Shown: positions 54,316-64,000 of the stretch, piece by piece
Numbering within the stretch: the stretch's first letter is position 1
Layout of the letters: the number at the start of each line of letters is the position of its first letter
From: Alphaproteobacteria bacterium
GTDB lineage: Bacteria > Pseudomonadota > Alphaproteobacteria > Bin95
Assembly (NCBI GenBank): GCA_964291285.2
Contig: OZ219788.1
Span: forward strand, 224,001 to 288,000
Direction: 5' to 3'
Length of the DNA stretch: 64,000 bases
Position numbers and translations under genes: made by a program
Notes under the pieces: generated by a model
The model's input: only the letters and a program-made list of their open reading frames with translations
Told to the model about the DNA's origin: nothing
Databases searched by the model: none

Positions 54316-54994
54316 GACGACGCCTCTGGAACCGCGGCAGCCGCCACCATTCCGATTTCCATCGGCCAACACGCTTGTGTTTCTCCTGTATCAATTATGG
54401 TATTTGTCCTCTCACAAGGTGATTCGGTGCATCACCGCCATGATCCTGACTGTCTTCACATCAGGAGGGCACTCATGCATGGAGCTATCCTCCATGCCCC
54501 CCTGAGCACAACGCATTGTCCCCATTCTACTTCCCCCAGTGCCACTATCGCCTTCACGACCTCCCTGTAGGTCAATCCCGATTTCCTGCCATTGCCTCTT
54601 GTCATGCCCGAAAATATCCTGTATTCAGGACCCCTTCATGGGAGGAATGCGACCCTCTGTCAGATAGTGCCCTAACTCGATAAATCACGTTCGAGATTTA
54701 CACCACGGCTCGGGACACGATCCGGCCGAATCTGGTCCGGGGAGCCGGTCGCCTATCCCGAACCCGATCCGTGACAGCGGCGGAGTCGGTCGTTTTCGGT
54801 CCGTCCTGACGGCGCGTCCGGCCGGAGCCCGCGAGTCCGATCATCGCCGTGCGCCCCTGTGCGCCCCCGTGCGCTCTCAAGAGTGGCCGTTTTCGAATCG
54901 CAATTCGACCATGCACGGCCACCGTTTTTTTCGCTTCGATGGCCGCGCATGCGTCCGGAGCGGTCCGGGCGCCGTCGAAGCCAGGGAGTCGGAA

Positions 54995-55219
54995 ATGACG
55001 GAGGAGATCCACTATCTGAACACGGTCCAGGCGGGGCGCCTGCTCGGCCTGGCGCCGAAGACGCTGGCCCGCTACCGGTGCACGGGGGCGGGACCGGTGT
55101 TCTGCCGGTTCGGCAACCGGGTGCGCTACCGGCGGGAGGATCTGGAGGCCTGGGCGGAGACGCGCCGGCGGGCATCGACCGTCGACGACGGCACCGTGCT
55201 TCCGGGGGCCACCCCGTGA
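54995..55219 (+). CDS. AlpA/excisionase-like HTH protein at the head of the tra operon
   Basis: LNTVQAGRLLGLAPKTLARYRCTGAGPVF.RFGNRVRYRREDLEAW. Confidence 0.8.
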   Translation: MTEEIHYLNTVQAGRLLGLAPKTLARYRCTGAGPVFCRFGNRVRYRREDLEAWAETRRRASTVDDGTVLPGATP

Positions 55220-55308
55220 GCGGCGGAGCAAGGACGGCCCCGGGCGCCTGCCTCCCCGGCTCGGGGGCCGCCCTCCGATCCGGGGCCTGTGCGGACCGGT
55301 CGGGCGCC

Positions 55309-55599
55309 ATGCTGCGCGGGCTCGCCGTGGTGTCCCTGGCGGCCGCGGCCCTGCTGGCCGGTGCGGACGCGGCGCTGGCAACCTCGGACACGACCTTCGG
55401 CGGGCCGTTGAACACGGTGACGGACATCGTGAGCGGCACCGGCGGCCAGCTCGCTGCCGCGCTCGCCGTGGGCGCCGCCCTGGTCGGCTCGGTGCTGCGT
55501 TTCAACGCCATGCAGCTGATGGGCGCGGTCGGCGTCGGCGTGGCGGCCGGTGCGGGCACCGGCATCGTCACCCGTCTGGTCGGCACGGCGATCGTGTGA
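55309..55599 (+). CDS. traA: Conjugative pilin
   Basis: Leader ending ALA-TSDTTFGG, two hydrophobic helices, position upstream of traL; alternative GTG start at 55216. Confidence 0.7.
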   Translation: MLRGLAVVSLAAAALLAGADAALATSDTTFGGPLNTVTDIVSGTGGQLAAALAVGAALVGSVLRFNAMQLMGAVGVGVAAGAGTGIVTRLVGTAIV

Positions 55600-55892
55600 T
55601 GAACGACACCGCGCGCCACACCATCCCGCGCCGGCTCGACGATCCGGAGCGCTGGCTGTTCTGGACCGTCGACGAGGCCGCCGCGCTGATGGGCCCGGCC
55701 CTGCTCGGGCTTGCGGCCAATCAGTTCGTGCCGGGGCTGGTCGCGGGCGCCGGCGGCTGGCTGCTGCTGCGCCGGGTCAAGCGCGGCGGCGGGGCGAACA
55801 TCGCGCGCTACGCCCTCTACTGGTTCCTGCCGGACTTCGTGCTGCGCCTCAAGGCGACGCCGCCGAGCCATCTGCGCCGGTATGTCGGCTGA
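55599..55892 (+). CDS. traL: F-type T4SS protein TraL
   Basis: IPRRLDDPERWLFWTVDE...LYWFLP...TPPS. Confidence 0.88.
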   Translation: MNDTARHTIPRRLDDPERWLFWTVDEAAALMGPALLGLAANQFVPGLVAGAGGWLLLRRVKRGGGANIARYALYWFLPDFVLRLKATPPSHLRRYVG

Positions 55893-56464
55893 TGCGGCGC
55901 GGCGACATGGACACCGCCCTGCGCCGGGTGCGGGACATCAGGCTCGCGCTCGGGCTGCTGCTGGTGCTGTCGATGGCGGTGAACCTGGCGCTCACCCTGA
56001 GCTTCGCCGGACGCGAGACGGTGACCGTGCTGGTGCCGGCAACGGCCGGGCCATCCTGGGAGGTCGGCGGCGGCGGGGTCGGCATCGACCGGGCCGGAGC
56101 GCGGTATCTGGAGGACATGGCGCGCACCGTGGCGGTAACGCTGCTGACACTGACGCCGGAGAACGCGGCCCATGTCCGCTTCGCGGCGGCGCGGCTGAGC
56201 CACGCCTCGGCGCGGGGCGCGATCGGCGCCTGGGTCGAGGCGGAGGCCGCCCGCATGGCCGGGCGCGACCTGGCAAGCGCCTTCTACCCCGCGGAGATCG
56301 AGGCCGAACCGGCGCGGCTCAGTGTCGAGATCGCGGGCGAGCTCGTGACCTGGATCGGGCGCGAGGAGGCTTCGCGCGAGGACCGGCGCTACCGGCTCGT
56401 CTTCCGCATCGACGCCGGGCGGATCGGGCTCCTGCGATTCGAACAACTGGAGGACGGAAAATGA
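55892..56464 (+). CDS. traE: F-type T4SS protein TraE
   Basis: N-terminal TM, TVLVP, YLEDMA...LLTLTPEN, AFYP; gene order. Confidence 0.85.
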   Translation: MRRGDMDTALRRVRDIRLALGLLLVLSMAVNLALTLSFAGRETVTVLVPATAGPSWEVGGGGVGIDRAGARYLEDMARTVAVTLLTLTPENAAHVRFAAARLSHASARGAIGAWVEAEAARMAGRDLASAFYPAEIEAEPARLSVEIAGELVTWIGREEASREDRRYRLVFRIDAGRIGLLRFEQLEDGK

Positions 56465-57255
56465 CACGGAAATACCGGCGGCGGTTCGCGCCGCTCCTTG
56501 CCATCGCCCTTGCCTGCATGGGCGCATTCGCGGCGCCGGTCCCGGTGCTGGCGATGCAGATCCTCGACGCCGCGGACCATGCCGAACTCGCGGCGGAGAT
56601 TTCCGCCACGAACGTCAGCCGCATCGCGCTGGCGGGCGACAGGATCGCGAAGGTGGTGCGCTCGCCGGACGGGTTCGCGGTCGAGCACGACGCCGCCTCG
56701 GGCGACCTCTATATCAGGCCGCTCTCGCAGGACGCCGGCGTGGAGGGCGATCCCGTCACGCTGTTCGTCGGCACCGAGCGAGGATTTACCTACCGGCTGA
56801 CCCTGACCCCGGCGTACCGGGACTCGGCGCAGATCCTGATCCGCAACGCGGCCGTTCTTCCGGACGCCGCGGTCTCCGATCCGGTTGCCGGCGGGCCGCA
56901 CGTCGCGGCGCTGGTGCGGCTGGTGCGCGCCGTGGCAAGGCGCGATCTGCTGCCCGGCTATGCCGTCCATGCAGGCGGGGAAGCGCCGCAGCCCGGCCTC
57001 ATGCTCATTGAGACCTGGCGGGGTCCGCGCTTCGCGGCGCTCGTCTTCGAGGCCGCGCGTCCGGCATCCCCCGGATCGTGGTCCGGGGCAGGTGAGGATG
57101 CGGACGGCGCAGCGGGCCTCGCCGGGACTATCGGGAGCCTGCCGGGCATCGGTCCCGTTGCCGCGCTCTGGCTGGCGCCGCCGGCTACCGGCCCCTCGGG
57201 CGGGCGGCTCGGCGTGGCGGTGGTCGAGGCCGCCGGCGCGGGAGGCCCGCAATGA
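56461..57255 (+). CDS. traK: F-type T4SS secretin-like TraK
   Basis: Signal peptide, ISATNVSRI, GDLYIRP, LFVGTERGFTYRL. Confidence 0.82.
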   Translation: MTRKYRRRFAPLLAIALACMGAFAAPVPVLAMQILDAADHAELAAEISATNVSRIALAGDRIAKVVRSPDGFAVEHDAASGDLYIRPLSQDAGVEGDPVTLFVGTERGFTYRLTLTPAYRDSAQILIRNAAVLPDAAVSDPVAGGPHVAALVRLVRAVARRDLLPGYAVHAGGEAPQPGLMLIETWRGPRFAALVFEAARPASPGSWSGAGEDADGAAGLAGTIGSLPGIGPVAALWLAPPATGPSGGRLGVAVVEAAGAGGPQ

Positions 57256-58565
57256 ACGCCCGCCCCGACAGGCGCCCTGCCGGCGACGCGAACGACGCCG
57301 GCTCGTGGGCCGGGGCAGGCGCCGATGCGGTCCGGCGGCGACAGCTGCTGCTGTTCTCGGTCATCGCGGCGGTCGCGCTGGTCGCACTTGCCGCCTGGCT
57401 CGGCATGGGCGGAAGCAGGACCGGTGCGCCCGAGGGCGGCATCAAGGCCGGGATCGTGGAGCCTGACGCCGCCGAGATGGTCTGGACGCGGCGTTCGGAG
57501 GCGCGGCTCAACAAGATGGAGAACGCGCTGCGGCGGATGGAGCAGGAGGCGCGCCGGCTGCATACCGAGAACGAGGGGCTCCGGACCAGGCTGGAGGGGC
57601 AGACGGCGGACGCGCTCCGGACCATCGACGCCCACGAGGCGGCGATCGACGACCTTGAGCAGCGGCTTCAGCCGGCCGGGCCGGACGCCGCGCCGGGCAA
57701 CGTTCCCGCGGGCGATCCCTGGTTTCGGGGCCAGGCGCCGGCGCCGCCGGGCGGCGATCCGCAGCAGCCGGCCGCGCCGGCGCAGTCTCGTATGATCGAG
57801 ACCTTCGAGCTGGAGGGGGAGCCCCGGTCTTCGATAACCGACCCCCGCTCCGGTCCGGAGCTGGTGGCGGACGCCGTGGCGAAGCCGGTGTCCGTGTGGC
57901 TGCCGGCGGGCGCCCATGCGGAAGCGGTGGTGCTGGCCGGCGTCGACGCCTCCGCCGGGGTCTCCTCCCAGGGCGATCCCCGCCCGGTGCTGCTGCGCAT
58001 TGCAGGCCCGGCCTGGACCGCCGCCGAAGACGGAACCGCCCTGCAGGTCGACGTCGACGGCTGCACCGTCACCGGCGCGGCCCACGGCGACCTCTCCTCG
58101 GAGAAGGTCTATGTGCGTTTCCGCACCATGACCTGCGCCGGGCCGGAGTCGGGCACCGTGATCGAGACCGACGTCGCCGGGTTCGTTGCGGGCTCCGGCA
58201 AGACCGGGGTGCGCGGCCCGGTGGTGAGCCGCGAGGGCGCGCTGGTCGAGAAGGCGTTCCTCGCCGGGCTGGTCTCCGGCGTCGGACAGGGCGTCTCCCA
58301 GGCGTTCCAGCCGCAGGCTGTCGCCACGGGCGGCGGCGCGGCCGTCGCCAACACCGCGCTCGGCGACATCGGGCGCGCGGGCCTCGGCGCCGGGGCGTCG
58401 AGCGGGGGGAGCAAGGTCGCCGACTACATGATCCGCCGCGCCGAGCAGTACCAGCCGGTGATCCAGCTCCAGGCCGGGACGAAGGTGACGCTGGTGTTCC
58501 TCGAGGGCGCCCGCATCGACGGCCGCGCGCCGATCCAGACAACCCGGAAAGGACAAGAACAATGA
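57252..58565 (+). CDS. traB: F-type T4SS TraB (VirB10-like)
   Basis: LPAG...LAGVDA, PVLLRI, GC...GDLSSEK, GKTGVRGPVVSREG, AEQYQPVI. Confidence 0.9.
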   Translation: MNARPDRRPAGDANDAGSWAGAGADAVRRRQLLLFSVIAAVALVALAAWLGMGGSRTGAPEGGIKAGIVEPDAAEMVWTRRSEARLNKMENALRRMEQEARRLHTENEGLRTRLEGQTADALRTIDAHEAAIDDLEQRLQPAGPDAAPGNVPAGDPWFRGQAPAPPGGDPQQPAAPAQSRMIETFELEGEPRSSITDPRSGPELVADAVAKPVSVWLPAGAHAEAVVLAGVDASAGVSSQGDPRPVLLRIAGPAWTAAEDGTALQVDVDGCTVTGAAHGDLSSEKVYVRFRTMTCAGPESGTVIETDVAGFVAGSGKTGVRGPVVSREGALVEKAFLAGLVSGVGQGVSQAFQPQAVATGGGAAVANTALGDIGRAGLGAGASSGGSKVADYMIRRAEQYQPVIQLQAGTKVTLVFLEGARIDGRAPIQTTRKGQEQ

Positions 58566-59218
58566 TGCTTCCCACGAAACACCCGCGCCGCTTGGCGCTT
58601 CCGGCCGCCGTGCTGACCGCGCTCCTGCTCGCCGGCTGCTCGTCGGGCCATGTCGGCGAGAGCTGGCAATGCCCGCTGGCCGACACCGGGAGCTGCAACA
58701 GCGTCGCCGCCGCCGACCCGGCGGTGCCGGATATGGATGCGGCCCGGAACGCCGTGCTCGCGGAGCCGCTCTGGCGGATGCGCGGCGGGGACGCCGGCAC
58801 GGTGTCGCCGGAGAACGACGCGCCCTGCGATGCCGCCTGCGACGGCGGGTTCGATCCCTTCGCCTGGCTGGCGCGGATGTTGGGGGTCGAGGAGGATGAC
58901 TCGCGGAAGGCCGATCGGGAGAAGACCGCCGCGACCGGCCCGGTCCGGCTCCTGCCGACCGAAGCCCCGACCCCCTCCGCGCTCCCGGCCGAACCGGGCT
59001 CCGCCGCCCTTCCAGGCGAACCGGTCCCTCTCCCGGCCGAACCCGGCGCGCGCGAACTGCGCCCAGTCGTCGAAGACCCTCGTGACGCCGATCTCCGCAC
59101 CGACGAGGTGGTGGCGCGCATCTGGATCGCGCCCTTCGTCGACGCCGGAGGCGTCTATCGCGAGGCGTCCTGGGTCCGGGCGGTGCTGGAGCCGGCCGGC
59201 TGGAGGCTCGCGCGGTGA
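58562..59218 (+). CDS. traV: F-type T4SS lipoprotein TraV
   Basis: Lipobox LAGC, WQC...GSC, RIWIAPFVD. Confidence 0.85.
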   Translation: MMLPTKHPRRLALPAAVLTALLLAGCSSGHVGESWQCPLADTGSCNSVAAADPAVPDMDAARNAVLAEPLWRMRGGDAGTVSPENDAPCDAACDGGFDPFAWLARMLGVEEDDSRKADREKTAATGPVRLLPTEAPTPSALPAEPGSAALPGEPVPLPAEPGARELRPVVEDPRDADLRTDEVVARIWIAPFVDAGGVYREASWVRAVLEPAGWRLAR

Positions 59219-61791
59219 AGCGGCTGCTGGAACTCTTCGACGGGCCGGAGGCGCCTGGCCCCTGGTCGCCGCCGGAAATGACCGCCGCGCTGCACGCGCT
59301 GCTGCCCTGGCGCGCCTGGGAGGAATCGAGCGAGCTTTACGTCAATGCCGCGAGCGCGGGCTTCGTCATCGAGCTGCCGCCGTTCGCGGGAATCGACGGC
59401 GAGACCCTGGGCGCGCTCTCCGGCACGCTGGCCGACGCGGCGCCCGAACGCTGCACCATCCAGGTCATCCACTGGGCGAGCCCGCGCTTCGGCGCGGCCT
59501 CCCGCGCCTGGGCAGCGCCCCGTTCGGACGCCGGCGGGGCCCTGTCCCGGATGGGAGCGCGCCGCCGCGACCTGCTGGCGCCCGGCGGCTGGCGGCGCCT
59601 TCATGCGGGCGGCCCGCCCTTCACCCTCTCGGACTACCGGGTGTTCGTGACCGCCTGCCTTGCGGCCGGTCCCGGCCCGGCCACGGAGACCGCGCTCGGC
59701 GCGTTCCGCCGGGCGCTGGAGGGCACGCTCGCCTCGGCAGGCGCGCAGACGCGCCGGCTGGAGCCGGATGCGCTGTTGTCGCTCGCGGCCGAGCTGGTCG
59801 CGCCCGATATCGGCGGATACCGTGACGGCGGCGCCGAGCGGCCTGCACGCCGCTGGGCGCCGCGCGATCCGCTGCACGAACAGTGCATCGCGCCGGGCCG
59901 TGCGCTCACGGTCCACCCCACCGGCCTCGCCTTCCACCATCCCGACGGCGGCCGGGACGGCGGCTCCGGGGACATCGCCGTCCGGGTGCTCTCGGCCGTC
60001 GCCTTCCCGGAGGTGTGGCCGGGCTGGCGCGGCAACGCGCTGATCGGCGACTTCCACAGGGATTTCCTCCAGCCCGGCTGCCCGGTGCTGACCTGCCTCA
60101 CCGTGACCACGGGGGACGAGGCGGCGGGCGAGAAGGCGTTCCTCAAATCCGCCCGCGCGACCCAGCAGGCCGGAACCGGCATCGCCAGATACCTGCCAGG
60201 GCTGCCCGAGAAGGCGCGCGACTGGCAGGCGGTCACCGAGCGGATCAAGGACGGCGAGAAGCTGGTCCGCGCCTGCTACATGGCGGCGGTCTACGCCCCC
60301 CTGGACGCCCTCGACGAGGCCGAGCAGGCGGTGCGCGCGATCTATCACGGGCAGGGCTGGCGCGTGAACGCGGAACGCTACGTGCAGCTCCCCTCCTGGC
60401 TCGCCTGTCTGCCGATGGCGTCGGCCGGCGGCCTCGACGCCGACCTCGAACGCATGGGCCGGATGAAGACCCTGCTGACCTCCAGCGCCGTCAACCTCGC
60501 GCCGCTCCACGGCGAATGGCGCGGCCAGGGCAACGTGCCCCCCGGGCCTGGCAACCCCGACAATCCCCCGGCCCTGCTGCTGATCGGGCGCCGGGGCCAG
60601 CCGGCCTGCTGGTCGCCCTTCGCCAACGAGGCCGGCAACTACAACGTCGCCGTCACCGGCAAGTCCGGCTCCGGCAAGTCGGTGCTGATGCAGGAACTCG
60701 TCACCGGTCTGATCGGCGCCGGCGGCGAGGCCGTGGTGATCGACGACGGGCGCTCGTTCCAGCACACGGCCGAGGCCCTGGGCGGGGCGTTCATCGCCTT
60801 CGGCAAGGACCCCGCCTGCCTCAACCCGTTCGCCATGATCGACGCCGGGACCGCCGAGCATGACGGCGATTACCGGGAAGAGTGCTTCGCCATGCTGGCC
60901 GGCGTCATCGGCCGCATGGCGCGGCGCCGGGGCAGTATCGACGACATTGAGGCGGCGCTGATTGCGGAGGCCATCGCGGCGGCCTGGGACGAGGCGGGCA
61001 ACGGTGCCGATCTGGGCACGGTGCGGAAGAATCTGGAGGCCCGCGACGACCGAAGGGCGAAGGACATGGCAACCGCTTTGGGTCCCTGGTGCCCGGGAGG
61101 CGCCATGGGCCGGCTGTTCGCGGGCTCGAACGTACCGGACCTGGAGAACGCCATGACGGTGTTCGAGCTGGCCGAGCTCAAGGGGCGGGGCGACGTCCAG
61201 GCGGTGGTGCTGATGCTCGTCGTGTTCCTCAGCACGCAGCGCATGTATCACGGCCCCCGCACGCGGGCGAAGGCCATCGTCATCGACGAGGCCTGGGACC
61301 TACTCTCGGGCGAGGACTCGAAGGCGTTCCTCGAAGGCGCCGCCCGCCGCGCCCGGAAATATCGCGGCGCGCTCATCACCGGCACGCAGTCGGTCAACGA
61401 CTACTACGCCAATCCCGCCGCGCGCGCCGCCTGGGAGAACTCGGACTGGGTGATCTTCCTCGCCCAGAAGGACGAGTCGGTCGAGCTGCTGAAGTCCGAG
61501 AAGCGCATCCACTGCGATCCCGGCATGGAGCGCGCGCTGAAGAGCCTGACCACCGCCGACGGTCGCTATGCGGAACTCGTCCTCCACGGCCCGGACGGCT
61601 GGCGGGTCGCGCGGCTGGTGCTCGATGCCTGGTCGGTGGCGCTGTTCTCCTCGCGAGGGCCCGCCTTCGCCGCCGTGGAAAACCTCAAGGCGCAGGGCCT
61701 CACCACCGTCGAGGCCATCGACCGGCTGGCGGGCGACCCTGCCGCCGCTGCCGGACATTCAGAAACACCGGAAACGGAGGAAGCCGCATGA
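59215..61791 (+). CDS. traC: F-type T4SS ATPase TraC (VirB4-like)
   Basis: NYNVAVTGKSGSGKS, IDDGRSF, IDEAW, RRARKYRG. Confidence 0.93.
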   Translation: MKRLLELFDGPEAPGPWSPPEMTAALHALLPWRAWEESSELYVNAASAGFVIELPPFAGIDGETLGALSGTLADAAPERCTIQVIHWASPRFGAASRAWAAPRSDAGGALSRMGARRRDLLAPGGWRRLHAGGPPFTLSDYRVFVTACLAAGPGPATETALGAFRRALEGTLASAGAQTRRLEPDALLSLAAELVAPDIGGYRDGGAERPARRWAPRDPLHEQCIAPGRALTVHPTGLAFHHPDGGRDGGSGDIAVRVLSAVAFPEVWPGWRGNALIGDFHRDFLQPGCPVLTCLTVTTGDEAAGEKAFLKSARATQQAGTGIARYLPGLPEKARDWQAVTERIKDGEKLVRACYMAAVYAPLDALDEAEQAVRAIYHGQGWRVNAERYVQLPSWLACLPMASAGGLDADLERMGRMKTLLTSSAVNLAPLHGEWRGQGNVPPGPGNPDNPPALLLIGRRGQPACWSPFANEAGNYNVAVTGKSGSGKSVLMQELVTGLIGAGGEAVVIDDGRSFQHTAEALGGAFIAFGKDPACLNPFAMIDAGTAEHDGDYREECFAMLAGVIGRMARRRGSIDDIEAALIAEAIAAAWDEAGNGADLGTVRKNLEARDDRRAKDMATALGPWCPGGAMGRLFAGSNVPDLENAMTVFELAELKGRGDVQAVVLMLVVFLSTQRMYHGPRTRAKAIVIDEAWDLLSGEDSKAFLEGAARRARKYRGALITGTQSVNDYYANPAARAAWENSDWVIFLAQKDESVELLKSEKRIHCDPGMERALKSLTTADGRYAELVLHGPDGWRVARLVLDAWSVALFSSRGPAFAAVENLKAQGLTTVEAIDRLAGDPAAAAGHSETPETEEAA

Positions 61792-62212
61792 CGGGAAGGA
61801 CAGGCGCAGTGCGTCGGCGACGCGCGAATACGGGGCGACCGCTCAACTGGCCGGGCGATCCGGAGACTGTGACCGCCGCCGACATCGACTTCACCACACT
61901 GGCACATGTGCTCGCCAACACCTGCCGCCACGAGGGCTGCACCCGGCTCTACCACTCGGTCGCGGCCCATGCAGTGTTCGTCAGCGAGGAGATCGCGGCG
62001 CTCGACGGGCTGGGCGAGGAGGACTGCCGGACGCTCGCGCTGCACGCGCTGGTCGCCGATGCACCGTCCGCCTGGCTCCGGGGGCGCATGGCGGACTCGC
62101 AGCGCGCGGCAGACCGCGCCGGAAAGCTCGCCGCCGGGATCGAGACCGCGGTGCGCGCGGCGGCGGGCCTCGATGCTGTGCTCGACGGGGAACAGGCGGA
62201 ATTGCTCCGGTT
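61788..62212 (+). CDS. HD-superfamily (YfbR-like) protein, 5' exon, interrupted by the intron
   Basis: IDF..LAHVLANTCR..G....HSVAAH...ALHALVADAPSAW; GGAGG RBS, ATGA overlap with traC. Confidence 0.65.
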
Positions 62213-64000
62213 GTGCGCCGTGAAGACCAAGAAGGAGAGAAAACATGAGTTAACTCAACGGCTTGGTCGTGCCGATGATCGACCGGTGGCTGAAACGCCA
62301 CCCCGTCCGGCGGAGGGTGCCGGACGGAAGGGGGTCGCTAAGTTCCGCCGTTTTCCGGCGGCGGGGCGAAAAAGCTGCGACCTGAACTGGACCGGACGCG
62401 AGCCGTCGCTCGCGGGCCGGGCTACCACAGGACCTATGGCGAGCGACATGCGAAGCATGCGTCGGAAGCCTCTTTACTTACAGCTCGACCCTCAATGGCC
62501 CGACGGGGCGGAGGGAATGCGGACCGAACCGGTTGGCCTAAGCGTTGCCTTCTGGTGGGTGCGCCAATCGCACTCGGATACGGGTCAACCCTTCTATCCC
62601 GTATCCCCGAGCCGCAAGGGGTAGAGCATGCCGCCTAAGGGTCTGAGGTTTGTCATCGGAACACGGGAACCCATGCCGTCCGCCCGGTACGGAGCCGGGC
62701 TAGCCGCGGAGAACGGAGACGGTCTGCATGGGGGCAGAGCCCTCGTAGTAGTCGGAGCGCGGGAAAGCCGCGCACATGGCGAAGGGGGGCAGAAGGTGGA
62801 ACGACTTTCATGACGGAGGGACTGTCGATGGACTTCGATAATCAGGCCGAAAAGGCTTGGCTCCTCAGCGTGCAGCGGAAGTTGTACCAGTGGAGTAAGG
62901 AGACGCCCGAAGGTGCCTACGGCGATGTGTGGAACTGGGTAACCGATCCGCGCAATCTTCGCTGTGCTTGGCAGACGATTGCCCACAATAAGGGCAGACG
63001 GACGCCGGGTGTCGACGGGTTGACGGTGGCGAAAATCGCCGCCGGCGACGGAGGCGTACCGCTCTTTCTGGACGGGTTGCGGGAGGCGCTGCGGAACGGC
63101 AGCTACCGACCGTCGCCCGCGAGGCGAAAGTGGATTCCGAAGCCGGGCAGACCGGGAAAGTTCCGACCCCTCGGTATCCCCACCGTCGCTGATCGCGTGG
63201 TGCAATGCGCGGTCAAGAATATCCTGGAGCCGATCTTCGAGGCGCGTTTCTGGCAAGTCTCCTACGGGTTCCGGCCCGGACGGGGCTGCCATGGCGCACT
63301 CGAACACATCCGGCAGACCATTCGCCCCTCCAAAATCGCGGCGGATGGAGTGCATCGCGACCCTCCCTATCAATGGGTGATTGAAGGCGACATCGAGGGC
63401 TGCTTCGACAATATCGGCCATCACCACCTGATGGACCGCGTGCGGAAATCCTGCGCGGATCGGAAGGTGAACCGGCTGATCGTGCGGTTCCTCAAGGCCG
63501 GAGTGCTGGAGGATTTTGTTTACAATCCGACGGCCACCGGCACGCCTCAAGGGGGCGTTCTGTCACCGTTGCTGGCCAACATCGCGCTAAGCGCGATCGA
63601 GGAACGGTACTGGCGGTGGGTCAGGCTCCCGCATGATCCCAAGCTTCGCACAGACGGGGCGAGAAGGGCTGCGGTCCGGCGCATCAAGGAAAGGAGGGCC
63701 GGGCGACTGGTCCTCTACCCGGTCCGGTATGCCGACGACTTCCTGATCTTCGTGTCCGGCAGCTACGAGGACGCGGTTGCCGAAAGGCAGGCGCTTGCCG
63801 AATGGCTGCGCGAGGAGATGGGGCTGACGCTATCGGAACAGAAGACGCGGGTCACCGCACTGACGGAAGGGTTCCGGTTCCTTGGCTGTCTGGTTCGTCT
63901 CAAATGGGACGACCGGTATGGCTACTGGTGCCGGGTCGAAATCCCGAAGGAGGTGGTCAACGACTTCCGCTGGCGGGTGAAGAAAGTGCTCAGGCGGCAG
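62213..64000 (+). mobile_element. Group II intron (3' end outside the window)
   Basis: 5' GTGCG; domain III-like GTAGTAGTC..GGGAAAGCC..ACATGGCGAAGGGG at about 62745-62790; RT ORF follows. Confidence 0.88.
62828..64000 (+). CDS. ltrA: Group II intron reverse transcriptase/maturase (partial)
   Basis: Manual translation: MDFDNQAEKAWLLSVQRKLYQW..NKGRRTPGVDG..IPKPG..RPLGIPTVADR..SYGFRPGRG..EGDIEGCFDNI..GTPQGGVLSPLLANI..RYADDF. Confidence 0.93.
   Translation, partial: MDFDNQAEKAWLLSVQRKLYQWSKETPEGAYGDVWNWVTDPRNLRCAWQTIAHNKGRRTPGVDGLTVAKIAAGDGGVPLFLDGLREALRNGSYRPSPARRKWIPKPGRPGKFRPLGIPTVADRVVQCAVKNILEPIFEARFWQVSYGFRPGRGCHGALEHIRQTIRPSKIAADGVHRDPPYQWVIEGDIEGCFDNIGHHHLMDRVRKSCADRKVNRLIVRFLKAGVLEDFVYNPTATGTPQGGVLSPLLANIALSAIEERYWRWVRLPHDPKLRTDGARRAAVRRIKERRAGRLVLYPVRYADDFLIFVSGSYEDAVAERQALAEWLREEMGLTLSEQKTRVTALTEGFRFLGCLVRLKWDDRYGYWCRVEIPKEVVNDFRWRVKKVLRRQ

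Noticed and set aside
62594-63550. 318-aa minus-strand ORF
   Set aside because: Antisense shadow of the intron RT, which is missing from the ORF track only because it runs off the window
62828-64000. RT as a retron, DGR or defence RT
   Set aside because: The RT0 motif, GTGCG 5' end and domain III-like RNA indicate an ordinary group II intron

Overview
GC-rich bacterial window, probably an alphaproteobacterium (inferred from gene content). Positions 1-5.4 kb are a host operon (MaoC, two TauD dioxygenases, nuclease-like ORF, ggt, ccmA, ccmB). From about 5.5 kb to the end it is an IS-riddled integrative/conjugative island. The island has three tyrosine integrases and two paralogous conjugative leading-region cassettes (unknown ORF, five-C4-zinc-finger protein, small ORFs, ssb, DUF2493/SLOG). 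Each cassette is followed by an identical 29-bp motif that resembles a MOB_F oriT nick site. The strongest novelty candidate is a lower-GC seven-gene cluster: ACP-like protein, XRE regulator, IrrE peptidase fused to a chagasin-like inhibitor, papain-like protease and thymidylate-synthase-like protein, converging on MazG and UDG. Other contents are an IS-disrupted Type ISP restriction-modification gene, a RelE/HigA toxin-antitoxin pair, an RlmJ-like methylase fused to an ATL-like domain, a Sel1-repeat protein, a nested IS stack (IS110/IS21/IS630/IS1634/IS1182-like), and an F-type tra operon (traALEKBVC) followed by a gene interrupted by a group II intron. I found no tRNA, rRNA or CRISPR array. 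All calls come from motif recognition by eye; no searches were run.
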